From Verrucomicrobiota bacterium (lineage in GTDB: Bacteria > Chlamydiota > Chlamydiia > Chlamydiales > SM23-39), in assembly GCA_018239895.1 (NCBI GenBank), contig JAFEGL010000003.1, positions 354,212-418,211 of the forward strand: DNA of 64,000 bases, read 5' to 3'. Positions 1 to 8,263 of the stretch are shown piece after piece (the first letter of the stretch is position 1; every line of letters begins with the position of its first letter). The notes under the pieces were generated by a model. The model ran no database searches and was not told the DNA's origin. It saw only the letters and a list, made by a program, of their open reading frames with translations. The translations under genes and the position numbers were made by a program.

Positions 1-7
1 ATGTATT

Positions 8-892
8 TCATGGAAGATCCTTGTCGATAGAGATGAGGCATTTTGCTGGGGCGTTCTTAAGCTTGGAGATGGCGAGATGAATAGCGGAATTTAAGGCAGT
101 TTCGGTCGGTTCTATGGAGCAGAATACAATGGAGAGGGTGCTAAGGGGCGATTCTTTATTATGTAAATGTTCAGCCAGAGAACGAGGGGGTTCTTCCGAG
201 AGGAGAATAAATCTCCCTTCTGAAGAGGGAATCGCTAAATCGGTCTCTTTGAGAGAGGATTGGATGAGTTGGTGTACTTTCAAAAGAAATTCTTCGATGA
301 AGGTGTATTCCCTCTCCGATTGGAGTTTTGAAAAGTGGTCGACCTGCACGAGAAGGAGGCTGATGGGCCTTCTTGCCCCGTTTAAGAATTCGAGAATTTG
401 GCTGTGGAAAAGGATCTTATTTTTGAGATAGGCGGAGGATGTTTTTTCTTTTGGGAATGAGATCGCTGAAGAGATGTCGTGTGTTTTTTCTCGCAAAGCA
501 GCTGCTTTGCGGACTGTGGCGATCCTCATCTCCAATTCTTCTGGATCAAGTTGGGCATTCAGGAAATCGGTCGCTCCTGCTTCCAAGGCATCGTTGAGAT
601 AGCTTTTTTTGAGCCGCCCAGTGATCAAAAGAATCGGTGTGAGGGGGCTTGCGTTTCTTAGAGATTTGCATAGAGAGAGAGGATCGATATCTTCCATCGA
701 AGAGTCGAGGATAATGAAATCGAGCGGAGTTGATCGGAGAATTTCGAGCGCTTTTAGCTCGCTTCGGGCTTCAATTGGGAAGAACTGAGGATCGAGATGA
801 TTCTTTATCCAAGAGATGATCGAGGGGTTATCTGAGATGATGAGGAGAGTCGGAAGATTGATCTTTTTGTGCATGTGATCACCATACTCCAT
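8..892 (-). CDS. Response regulator: atypical CheY-like receiver plus degenerate GGDEF-like output domain (294 aa)
   Basis: Track ORF 8..1225 trimmed to the ATG at 892 (MEYGDHMHKK..), 2 nt after the mnmG stop. The upstream part overlaps mnmG and is Arg-rich nonsense. Receiver-like blocks: LLIISDNP, DFIILDSS, PILLITG, GATDFL. The C-terminal half (LLLVQVDHFSKL...SSEGRFILL) looks like a GGDEF domain with GG(D/E)EF replaced by SEGRF. Confidence 0.6.
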   Translation of the reverse strand: MEYGDHMHKKINLPTLLIISDNPSIISWIKNHLDPQFFPIEARSELKALEILRSTPLDFIILDSSMEDIDPLSLCKSLRNASPLTPILLITGRLKKSYLNDALEAGATDFLNAQLDPEELEMRIATVRKAAALREKTHDISSAISFPKEKTSSAYLKNKILFHSQILEFLNGARRPISLLLVQVDHFSKLQSEREYTFIEEFLLKVHQLIQSSLKETDLAIPSSEGRFILLSEEPPRSLAEHLHNKESPLSTLSIVFCSIEPTETALNSAIHLAISKLKNAPAKCLISIDKDLP

Positions 893-894
893 CT

Positions 895-2715
895 TTACCG
901 TTTCTGCAAGGCGATCAAGAGAATCGAGATGTCGGCCGGAGAGACGCCAGAAATGCGGGACGCCTGTCCTAAGTTTTCGGGAGTGAATCGGGCCAGTTTT
1001 TGACGGGCTTCGGTTCGGAGGCCGACAACGGAGGCGTAGTCGAAATCTTTCGGGATTTTGACAGCGTCCAGATTTTCGAGTTTGGCGACCTCTTTTTGCT
1101 GTCTTTCGATGTAGCCCGCGTATTTGAGTTCGAGTTCGATTTGCTGGTTGAGATCGGTTCCAAAATCGGCGATCACTTCGGGGAAGGAGGTCAAAGCCAT
1201 CTGGTAAGTCCAGTCGGGCCGGCAAATCAATTGGGCCAAATTAGTCCCTTTGCCGTCGATGGTTTTGAATACTTTGGAGAGGCGTTCGGTTTCTTGATCG
1301 ATGGTTTGTTGTTTTAGGACAGACCGGTCGTATTGATCGCGGGAGATCATTCCAAGCTCGTAAGCGATGGGGCGCAACCGCAGGTCGGCGTTGTCCTGTC
1401 TAAGCAAAAGGCGATGTTCGGCGCGGCTGGTGAACATTCGGTAGGGCTCGGTGAGTTCAAAACGGATGAGGTCGTCGATCATCACTCCAATGTAGCCGTC
1501 GCTTCGCTTGAGAGAAAAGGAGGGTTTGCCGAGGGCTTTGCAAGCGGCGTTGATCCCCGCGATTAGCCCTTGTCCTGCCGCCTCTTCATAGCCTGTGGTC
1601 CCGTTGATTTGCCCCGCGAGAAAAAGGCCTTCGACCAGTTTTGTTTCCAAAGTGGGGTAGACTTGGTCGCTTTTCACATAATCGTACTCGATTGCGTAGG
1701 CGGGGCGCATCACTTCAGCTTTTTCGAGGCCGATCACGCTATGGATGACGTCGAGTTGGACATCGAATGGGAGAGAGGAGGAGATGCCGTTGACGTAGAT
1801 CTCTTGGGTCGTTAGACCTTCTGGCTCCAAGAAGATCTGGTGCCGCTCCTTGTCACCGAAACGGACAACTTTGTCTTCGATCGAGGGGCAATAACGGGGG
1901 CCTACTCCCTTTATTGTGCCGGCAAAGAGGGGGGAGCGGTGGAGATTATTGCGGATGATCTCGTGCGTATCGGGTGTCGTGTAAGTGATGTGGCAGGGAA
2001 CTTGGGGCATCCTGATTTCAGGTTCGTCATAGGAGAAATAGACCCCTTCGTCGCCAGGCTGCTCTTCGCACTTTGAAAAATCGACGCTTCGCCGGTTGAT
2101 TCGGGGCGGCGTCCCAGTCTTTAGGCGGCCGAGTTGGAATCCGAGCGCTTCGAGCGATGGGGAGAGTCCCATAGAGGCTTTATCGCCGCCCCGGCCGCCT
2201 GAAAAATTTGTTTGTCCAATATGGAGGAGCCCTCGCATAAAGGTCCCCGAAGAGATGACGACGTTCTTGGCTCGGTACTCAATTCCTTCTTGGGTTGTGA
2301 CCCCGAGGATCCGCCCATTTTCAACGATGAGGGCTTCGGTGGTCCCCTGCTTGATCTCCAGATGCTCGGTCTTCTCGAGCCGGAATTTCATTTCCAGGGC
2401 ATAGGCGGCCTTGTCGGCTTGGGAGCGGGGGGATCGGACGGCGGGACCCTTGGAGGCGTTGAGCATCCGGAATTGGATGCTCGTCCTGTCGGCTACTTTG
2501 CCCATCAGGCCACCCATGGCGTCGATCTCGCGGACGATATGCCCTTTGGCGGTCCCGCCGACGGAAGGATTGCAGCTCATTTTGCCGATGGTGTCGAGAT
2601 TCATCGTCAAAAGAAGCGTTTCCGCGCCCATACGTGCAGACGCATGCGCAGCTTCACATCCGGCGTGCCCCGCACCGATTACGAGGACGTCATATTCCTT
2701 AGGATATTTCCACAT
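895..2715 (-). CDS. mnmG: tRNA uridine-5-carboxymethylaminomethyl modification enzyme MnmG (GidA)
   Basis: 606 aa. FAD motif YDVLVIGAGHAGCEAA, then MSCNPSVGG and the typical GidA C-terminus. Confidence 0.95.
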   Translation of the reverse strand: MWKYPKEYDVLVIGAGHAGCEAAHASARMGAETLLLTMNLDTIGKMSCNPSVGGTAKGHIVREIDAMGGLMGKVADRTSIQFRMLNASKGPAVRSPRSQADKAAYALEMKFRLEKTEHLEIKQGTTEALIVENGRILGVTTQEGIEYRAKNVVISSGTFMRGLLHIGQTNFSGGRGGDKASMGLSPSLEALGFQLGRLKTGTPPRINRRSVDFSKCEEQPGDEGVYFSYDEPEIRMPQVPCHITYTTPDTHEIIRNNLHRSPLFAGTIKGVGPRYCPSIEDKVVRFGDKERHQIFLEPEGLTTQEIYVNGISSSLPFDVQLDVIHSVIGLEKAEVMRPAYAIEYDYVKSDQVYPTLETKLVEGLFLAGQINGTTGYEEAAGQGLIAGINAACKALGKPSFSLKRSDGYIGVMIDDLIRFELTEPYRMFTSRAEHRLLLRQDNADLRLRPIAYELGMISRDQYDRSVLKQQTIDQETERLSKVFKTIDGKGTNLAQLICRPDWTYQMALTSFPEVIADFGTDLNQQIELELKYAGYIERQQKEVAKLENLDAVKIPKDFDYASVVGLRTEARQKLARFTPENLGQASRISGVSPADISILLIALQKR

Positions 2716-2734
2716 AAATTTTTAGTAGGAGAAG

Positions 2735-2758
2735 AAGCGGGCCTTTCTGAACCCGCTT
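2735..2758 (-). terminator. Hairpin (7-bp stem AAGCGGG/CCCGCTT, 10-nt loop) between the small basic ORF and mnmG
   Basis: Inverted repeat read directly. On the minus strand it is followed by CTTCTTCTCC, which is only weakly U-rich, so it could be an attenuator or processing site rather than a full terminator. Confidence 0.3.
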
Positions 2759-2770
2759 AAAAGACAGTTA

Positions 2771-2860
2771 CTATTTCTTCTTGTGGCGATCGCGGCGGCG
2801 GCGCTTCTTGCGCTTGTGCCGAGCAATTTTCGCTCTGCGTTTTTTCTTTACTGAGGCCAT
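2771..2860 (-). CDS. 29-aa ultra-basic small protein, bS22-like (MASVKKKRRAKIARHKRKKRRRRDRHKKK)
   Basis: ATG..TAG ORF below the track's 60-aa cutoff. SD GGGAGA lies 2-3 nt upstream of the ATG. A good sigma70-like promoter lies upstream. 20 of 29 residues are K/R/H. It resembles bS22 / AURKAIP1-COX24-type small ribosomal proteins as I recall them. Confidence 0.5.
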   Translation of the reverse strand: MASVKKKRRAKIARHKRKKRRRRDRHKKK

Positions 2861-2897
2861 ATTCTCCCTAATGCAAAAGGCTTTATAAACTGGCACT

Positions 2898-2926
2898 ATT
2901 GTAAGGATCGGAAGGAAACTTAGCAA
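2898..2926 (-). promoter_or_regulatory. Sigma70-like promoter TTGCTA-17-TACAAT for the small basic ORF
   Basis: The minus strand reads TTGCTAagtttccttccgatcctTACAAT. The -10 ends about 37 nt upstream of the ATG at 2860. Confidence 0.4.
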
Positions 2927-2994
2927 CCCTCTTTCAAAGATTTGCGAAAAAATAATTGTTTATATTGTTTTGCATCTAGCTGGAAGTAAGGGGT

Positions 2995-4437
2995 TTATGG
3001 ACTAAAAGCCGAAAATGCTTCCCTATTCGATTTGACCTGAGACGGGACCTGGAGAGAGGTATAATTAGTGAATTGGCCCAATTCTTTTCTAAAGGTGAGA
3101 CTGATATCGCCTACCCCGCCATGGCGGTTTTTGGCGACGATGATCTCTGCTAGGCCTGGTTTGTCGTTTTTGTCATAGTAATCACGGCGGAAAAGAAACA
3201 TAACTACGTCGGCATCCTGCTCCAAGCTTCCGCTCTCTCTGAGGTCGCTCATCATAGGACGATGGCCTTGACGTTCTTCTACTTTCCGAGATAACTGCGC
3301 TCCGCAGAGAATGGGGATGTTGAGCTCGCGCGCCAAAGTTTTAAGCATCCGCGAAATCTCAGAGATCTCAATCTGTCTGCTTTCAGAAGAGCGGTTTGTT
3401 CCTGAGCCGGAGATCAGCTGAAGATAGTCGATGACGATAAAGCCTACGTTGTATGCTTCCTTCATTCGGCGGGATCGGGCTCTAATGTCGGTGATTTTTA
3501 GGCCGGGCTGATCATCGATGATCATCACATGCTTTTGCATCGAGTGAGCTGCAGCGACGATTTTTTGATATTCTTGCCCCGAGAGAGAGCCGGTGACGAT
3601 TTTGCTCGACTCAACTTCGGTTTGCGAGCAGATGATTCGGTGGAGGAGCTGAGTCGCGCTCATTTCGAGCGAGAAGATGCCGACAGGTATGTTGTTCTTA
3701 AAGCAAATGTTCTCTGCAATATTGATGGCCAGAGCTGTTTTACCCATGGAAGGGCGGGCGCCAAGAATGATAAGGTTCGATGGGAGAAAGCCGTTGAGCA
3801 TTTTGTCCATATCGAGGAAGTGCGTTGGAATGCCTGTGATATTGCTTTCGTTAGGCCCTTTTTCTTGAAAAAGCTGTTGCCTTTCTTGGAGTTCTTTGAG
3901 AAAGGGCATCCCTGTTTCGGCTTTGACTCCGCTGATCAATTCCTTGATCGTGACGCCGGCGTTTCTTTGCGTCGCTTGGGAAATATTGAAAAGTTGCGCT
4001 TGCGCTTCATCGAGGACAGCTCCTACATTCGGGGGATCGTCGAGAGCCGATTTTTCGATTCTTTGTGCAGCGTCGATCATCCGGCGCAAGAGAGCTTTGT
4101 CTCGCACGAGATTCACATATTCCTCGATGAAGGCCGAGGTGCCTGCATACTGGGCCAGCGTCGTGAGGTAGCTGACGCCGCCGATGCTTTCAAGTCTATC
4201 TTGGCGCTTAAGCTCTTCTGCGATGAGGTGAATGTCGGCCGGTTTGTCGGCCTTATAAGCGATCTTGAGAGCGGTGAAAACGATCTGGTGTTCGGTGTAA
4301 TAGAAGTCGGCGACATCGAGGCTGTCGGAGGCGACATTCAGGGCATTTACGCTTGTGAGCATGCATCCCAAAACCATCATTTCCGATTCTTTCGAATTGG
4401 GTGGAACGCGCACTTTCTTGTTTTCAGGCTCAGGCAT
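2995..4437 (-). CDS. dnaB: Replicative DNA helicase DnaB
   Basis: 480 aa. Walker A GARPSMGKT. Typical DnaB N-terminal domain and C-terminal RecA-like domain. No intein. Confidence 0.95.
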   Translation of the reverse strand: MPEPENKKVRVPPNSKESEMMVLGCMLTSVNALNVASDSLDVADFYYTEHQIVFTALKIAYKADKPADIHLIAEELKRQDRLESIGGVSYLTTLAQYAGTSAFIEEYVNLVRDKALLRRMIDAAQRIEKSALDDPPNVGAVLDEAQAQLFNISQATQRNAGVTIKELISGVKAETGMPFLKELQERQQLFQEKGPNESNITGIPTHFLDMDKMLNGFLPSNLIILGARPSMGKTALAINIAENICFKNNIPVGIFSLEMSATQLLHRIICSQTEVESSKIVTGSLSGQEYQKIVAAAHSMQKHVMIIDDQPGLKITDIRARSRRMKEAYNVGFIVIDYLQLISGSGTNRSSESRQIEISEISRMLKTLARELNIPILCGAQLSRKVEERQGHRPMMSDLRESGSLEQDADVVMFLFRRDYYDKNDKPGLAEIIVAKNRHGGVGDISLTFRKELGQFTNYTSLQVPSQVKSNREAFSAFSP

Positions 4438-4484
4438 GAATTCAGGTTACAAAAAAAGTCTGTTGAAAGGAAGTAAGAAAAGAA

Positions 4485-4574
4485 CGGAAAGAGAGGGATT
4501 TGAACCCTCGGTACCCCTTAACGGAGTACGCGTCCTTAGCAGGGACGTGCCTTCGGCCGCTCAGCCATCTTTCC
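4485..4574 (-). tRNA. tRNA-Ser (anticodon GCU)
   Basis: Folded by hand. Acceptor GGAAAGA/TCTTTCC, 3-bp D stem, anticodon stem CGTCC/GGACG with loop CTGCTAA, long variable arm, T arm GAGGG-TTCAAAT-CCCTC, discriminator G. CCA is not encoded. Track ORF 4355..4606 is an overprint. Confidence 0.9.
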
Positions 4575-4595
4575 GCGAGCCAGTAAAAAGTGAAG

Positions 4596-4625
4596 ATTTT
4601 ACCTAAGGTTCCCTGTTTCAAGCAA
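4596..4625 (-). promoter_or_regulatory. Possible promoter TTGCTT-18-TAAAAT upstream of tRNA-Ser
   Basis: Hexamers read on the minus strand. The -10 ends about 21 nt before the mature tRNA 5' end. Confidence 0.3.
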
Positions 4626-4732
4626 GTGTATTTTCGAAACGGGAAATCCTAAGATCGGATGATTATTTCCTATTTGTTTATAAACGAATACGATTAAAGC
4701 GATTTTATAAATAAAACTCAATAAAAATAGTT

Positions 4733-5584
4733 TTATTCAATAAATGTCGGCTGAGACATCCGTTTTCCGTTCAGAGCGTTCCAGTAGGTTGTCATCTGGG
4801 TGCCGTCGGGATTTTGGACGACGATGCTATAGACGGGCAAAAAGACTTCTGTCGACTTGCGGATGGCGAAATCGCCTCCGAATGCGGCTTTTGCGATATT
4901 TTCAATTTGCGCTGGGCGGTAGCGTCTTTTCACGCGAATCGCATTTTTGGTCGATTTTGTGACGAGCCATTGCTCGAGTTTTGTCTCGGGAATGACTTGC
5001 AGCTTTGGATTTTGGAGATGGAGCCGGTAGACATTCCCATTTTGGACGATAAGGCTTTTCTTGCGGCATCCATCGATCCAGTTGTCGAGAATATTGTTCT
5101 CGATATTCAGGAAGTGAGAAAGGCCATCTCGGTCCCAGGCGCCGCCTCGGGCAGCCAAGGCGTTGATGATTCTGAATTCTTGTCGGGTGGCGTTCGAGGC
5201 GAGGCAGTCGGTGAAGCCGTGCGTTTTTTCCCACGTGCTTGTGTTGATGACCATCTCTCCGTCTAGAAGGCCCCACAAAATCACTCCTTCGCCTGTCTTG
5301 TCGAGGTTCCGTGTATACTTTACTTCCATCAGCAAATAGGGAACGAATTTTAGAGCAGGCTCAAGGAAGATGTGGTCGCTGTCTTTGAGGAGTTCCTTGC
5401 GGTGCATGTCCATGATATTTTCCGCGGAGTAGCGAACTTCGAGAGTTTGGAACGAGCCGGTGCTCACCACGTCTTCAAGACGGGAGCGGAAACGAGGCAT
5501 CGAGTTCCAGGCCCAGAAGGACCCTACCGCTGCAACCAAGCAAATAAAAATCAGGATGACATTACGCATAGCAAAGACCCACAA
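4733..5584 (-). CDS. Hypothetical membrane-anchored protein (N-terminal TM helix)
   Basis: 283-aa ORF. N-terminus MRNVILIFICLVAAVGSFWAW is a signal-anchor. The start may be the MRNV Met at 5569. No family recognised. Confidence 0.6.
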   Translation of the reverse strand: MWVFAMRNVILIFICLVAAVGSFWAWNSMPRFRSRLEDVVSTGSFQTLEVRYSAENIMDMHRKELLKDSDHIFLEPALKFVPYLLMEVKYTRNLDKTGEGVILWGLLDGEMVINTSTWEKTHGFTDCLASNATRQEFRIINALAARGGAWDRDGLSHFLNIENNILDNWIDGCRKKSLIVQNGNVYRLHLQNPKLQVIPETKLEQWLVTKSTKNAIRVKRRYRPAQIENIAKAAFGGDFAIRKSTEVFLPVYSIVVQNPDGTQMTTYWNALNGKRMSQPTFIE

Positions 5585-5679
5585 ACTTACCCAAAGTTCC
5601 TTTTATCGGAAAGGATTTTTTTTGAATAGAGGAGGTGTTGATTTTATTTTTCGAAAGATCTAGCCTTCATCCCCTTTTT

Positions 5680-6276
5680 ATGGAGAAGAATATGTCATCA
5701 TCTGTTTCGCCAGCTCAAGCATTCAAAAACGAAATAAGCGCCGGTTTCGGCGGAGACTATGTTGTTTTTTCATCGGCAAGGATCAAGGAACTTGCAAGGG
5801 GTGACAATCCCCAATTTTCTTCTTTCCCCTTTCGCAATCTTTTGGCCATCTGCGCCTTTTTTGATGCATCAGTTGCTTGGAGGAGTAATGCAAATACTAC
5901 CAAACCTCACGCTCAATTCGATCAGAGAGCTGTTTTTTCATTTGAGATTATTGAGAGGCGATTTAAAGCGGCGAAGCATGAATTTCTCGTTTCAGTGGAT
6001 CTAATTCCCGAGCTCAGCGCTCAAGAAGCTGTAGTAGATCCAAAGTTACTGCAAAAGTCGATCTTTGTGGCGAAATCTGTCTTCGACTCGAAAAGAGAGG
6101 GGAAATTTTATCTTGAGGTGGCGACTTCACAGGGAAAAACCAGGCATGAGTCGAGCCGTTTGAATAAAATTGTAGATACCTTGACCAAATTCGTTGCCGC
6201 AAATGAACAGATCAACAAAGAAGATCCCGAAGCCGCCAAGGAGCCGATTCTCTACAGAATTGGAAGGGTCGACTAA
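5680..6276 (+). CDS. Hypothetical protein (about 198 aa)
   Basis: Track ORF 5635..6276 starts at GTG. I prefer the first ATG (MEKNMSSS..) at 5680. Its stop overlaps an ATG of the acs ORF (TAATG). No family recognised. Confidence 0.5.
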   Translation: MEKNMSSSVSPAQAFKNEISAGFGGDYVVFSSARIKELARGDNPQFSSFPFRNLLAICAFFDASVAWRSNANTTKPHAQFDQRAVFSFEIIERRFKAAKHEFLVSVDLIPELSAQEAVVDPKLLQKSIFVAKSVFDSKREGKFYLEVATSQGKTRHESSRLNKIVDTLTKFVAANEQINKEDPEAAKEPILYRIGRVD

Positions 6277-6347
6277 TGGGGTTTAGTTTTTTTTATACTT
6301 TAGCTATCGTCTTCTTTCCCTCCGAAGATTTTAGAAAAGAGGCCAAT

Positions 6348-8192
6348 GTGAAAAATTCGACACTATTCGAAGAAGCTGCTCAAGATCGGGAAGCGTTTTG
6401 GGCCAAACAGGCTGAATGTCTCGATTGGTTCAAACCCTGGGATCAAGTGCTTGATTGGAAACCTCCGTATGCAAAATGGTTCGTCGGAGGCAAACTCAAT
6501 GCTTGCTACAACTGCCTTGATCGGCACATGGGGACATCGACTCAGAACAAAACTGCGCTGATTTGGGAAGGAGAAAGGGGCGAAGAGAAATCGATCACTT
6601 ATGAAGAACTGTATGCCGAGGTTAACCAATTCAGCCAAGCTCTGAAAAAATTGGGCATTCGAAAAGGGGACAAGGTGGCGATTTACCTGCCAATGATCCC
6701 TGAAGCTGTCGTCGCTATGCTTAGCTGCGCCCGAATTGGAGCTGTCCATACTGTCGTTTTCGCAGGATTTTCAGCCGAATCGCTTAAAGATCGGATGGTG
6801 GATGCCGAAGCGAAGCTTTTGATCACAGCCGATGGAGGATTTCGGAAAGGAAAACTCCTTCCGCTGAAGGAGATGGCCGACCAGGCGCTCAAGGCAGTTC
6901 CCACGGTGCAAAATGTTGTCGTCGTCAGACACACCCAACAACCTATCGCTCTGACTTCAGGGAGAGATCATTGGTACGACCATTTAATCGGCGAAGCTCC
7001 GACTGAATGTCCTCCCGAATCGATGGATGCTGAAGATGAGCTATTCATTTTGTATACATCGGGGACGACAGGGAAGCCGAAGGGAATTGTCCACACAACA
7101 GGCGGTTATTTGGTGGGCGCCACCATGACGACTCAATGGGTTTTTGATGCAAAGCCGAGCGATATTTACTGGTGCACAGCCGATGTCGGCTGGATTACAG
7201 GGCACAGTTATGTTGCCTACGGACCCCTCGCCAATGGGATGACCCAGCTGCTCTACGAAGGGGCCCCCGATTTCCCCGAGCGGAACCGCTTTTGGAAATT
7301 GATCGAGAAATATGGAGTCACAATCCTCTACACCGCGCCTACAGCGATTCGGACTTTCATGAAGTGGGGAGAAGAGTGGCCGCAAGGATGCGACCTCTCT
7401 TCATTGCGCCTCTTGGGCTCGGTAGGAGAGCCGATCAATCCGGAAGCGTGGGCGTGGTATCACCAACATATCGGAGGAGGAAGGTGCCCCATCGTCGATA
7501 CTTGGTGGCAAACCGAGACGGGAAGCATCATGATCTCTCCCATTCCGGGAGTAACGCCGCTCAAACCAGGGAGCGCCACCTTCCCCCTGCCGGGAATCGA
7601 TGCCAAGATTGTCGATGAAGCAGGACAGCCGCAAACATCGGGATATTTGACTATCGCTTCGCCGTGGCCTTCGATGCTGCGCGGCGTTCACAGAGATCCG
7701 GCTCGCTATGAAAAAACCTACTGGAAAAATGGGAGCTATTTCACAGGCGACGGAGCAAAGCTCGATGAAGACGGCTATTTTTGGCTGATGGGGCGAGTAG
7801 ACGACGTCATCAATGTCTCGGGCCATCGACTAGGGACGATGGAAATTGAAAGCGCTCTCGTCGATCACCGAAGTGTCGCTGAAGCGGCCGCCATTGCGAT
7901 TCCGCACCCCATCAAAGGACAAACAATCGTCGCCTTCGTTACACCGAAAGAAAAAGCCTCCTTTCAACCTGGCTTCGAAGAAGAGTTGAAGCTCCATGTG
8001 GCACAAATCATCGGCTCATTTGCCAAACCGGAGAGGATCATCTTCATCAATGATTTGCCAAAAACTCGGAGTGGCAAAATCATGCGCAGGCTTTTGCGCG
8101 ACATCGCCGAAGGGCGGGTCGCAGGGGATACAACCACCTTGGCGGATCCTTCTGTAATGGAGCAGATCAAAGCCAAATATCAAGAGGATTGA
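6348..8192 (+). CDS. acs: Acetyl-CoA synthetase (AMP-forming)
   Basis: AMP-binding motif [19 protein letters not shown]-terminal [11 protein letters not shown]. Start placed at GTG 6348, with AAGAGG 6 nt upstream. The ORF is open from 6276, but that would add an odd hydrophobic 24-aa extension. Confidence 0.9.
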   Translation: MKNSTLFEEAAQDREAFWAKQAECLDWFKPWDQVLDWKPPYAKWFVGGKLNACYNCLDRHMGTSTQNKTALIWEGERGEEKSITYEELYAEVNQFSQALKKLGIRKGDKVAIYLPMIPEAVVAMLSCARIGAVHTVVFAGFSAESLKDRMVDAEAKLLITADGGFRKGKLLPLKEMADQALKAVPTVQNVVVVRHTQQPIALTSGRDHWYDHLIGEAPTECPPESMDAEDELFILYTSGTTGKPKGIVHTTGGYLVGATMTTQWVFDAKPSDIYWCTADVGWITGHSYVAYGPLANGMTQLLYEGAPDFPERNRFWKLIEKYGVTILYTAPTAIRTFMKWGEEWPQGCDLSSLRLLGSVGEPINPEAWAWYHQHIGGGRCPIVDTWWQTETGSIMISPIPGVTPLKPGSATFPLPGIDAKIVDEAGQPQTSGYLTIASPWPSMLRGVHRDPARYEKTYWKNGSYFTGDGAKLDEDGYFWLMGRVDDVINVSGHRLGTMEIESALVDHRSVAEAAAIAIPHPIKGQTIVAFVTPKEKASFQPGFEEELKLHVAQIIGSFAKPERIIFINDLPKTRSGKIMRRLLRDIAEGRVAGDTTTLADPSVMEQIKAKYQED

Positions 8193-8198
8193 CATCAT

Positions 8199-8216
8199 TG
8201 TAAAGCGGCTTTACAT
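8199..8216. repeat. Copy 1 of the palindrome family (tTGTAAAGCGGCTTTACAT)
   Basis: Lies 7 nt after the acs stop, in the 71-nt gap between convergent acs and the CheD-like gene. Identical over 18 nt to the purA copy. Confidence 0.8.
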
Positions 8217-8263
8217 GGCGTCAAAATCGGAGTCAGTATAGGCGCGATTTGTAGACGTTCAGC

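Noticed and set aside
893-1225. N-terminal 111 aa of track ORF 8..1225
   Set aside because: It overlaps the 3' end of mnmG in another frame and is Arg/Pro-rich nonsense. A proper ATG at 892 starts the response-regulator domain.
3529-4476. 315-aa plus-strand ORF, plus nested ORFs at 3677, 3896 and 4113
   Set aside because: It is entirely antisense to, or nested in, the clearly recognisable dnaB. The composition is Arg/Asp/Phe-rich mirror-frame text with no motif. This is a typical shadow ORF.
4355-4606. 83-aa ORF spanning the dnaB upstream region
   Set aside because: It overlaps a hand-folded tRNA-Ser(GCU) on the opposite strand, so the ORF is an artefact.
6276-6347. Possible 24-aa hydrophobic N-terminal extension of Acs ([24 protein letters not shown]), starting at a TAATG overlap
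   Set aside because: Acs homology begins after GTG 6348, which has a good SD. The extension is not excluded, but it would be atypical for a cytosolic enzyme.
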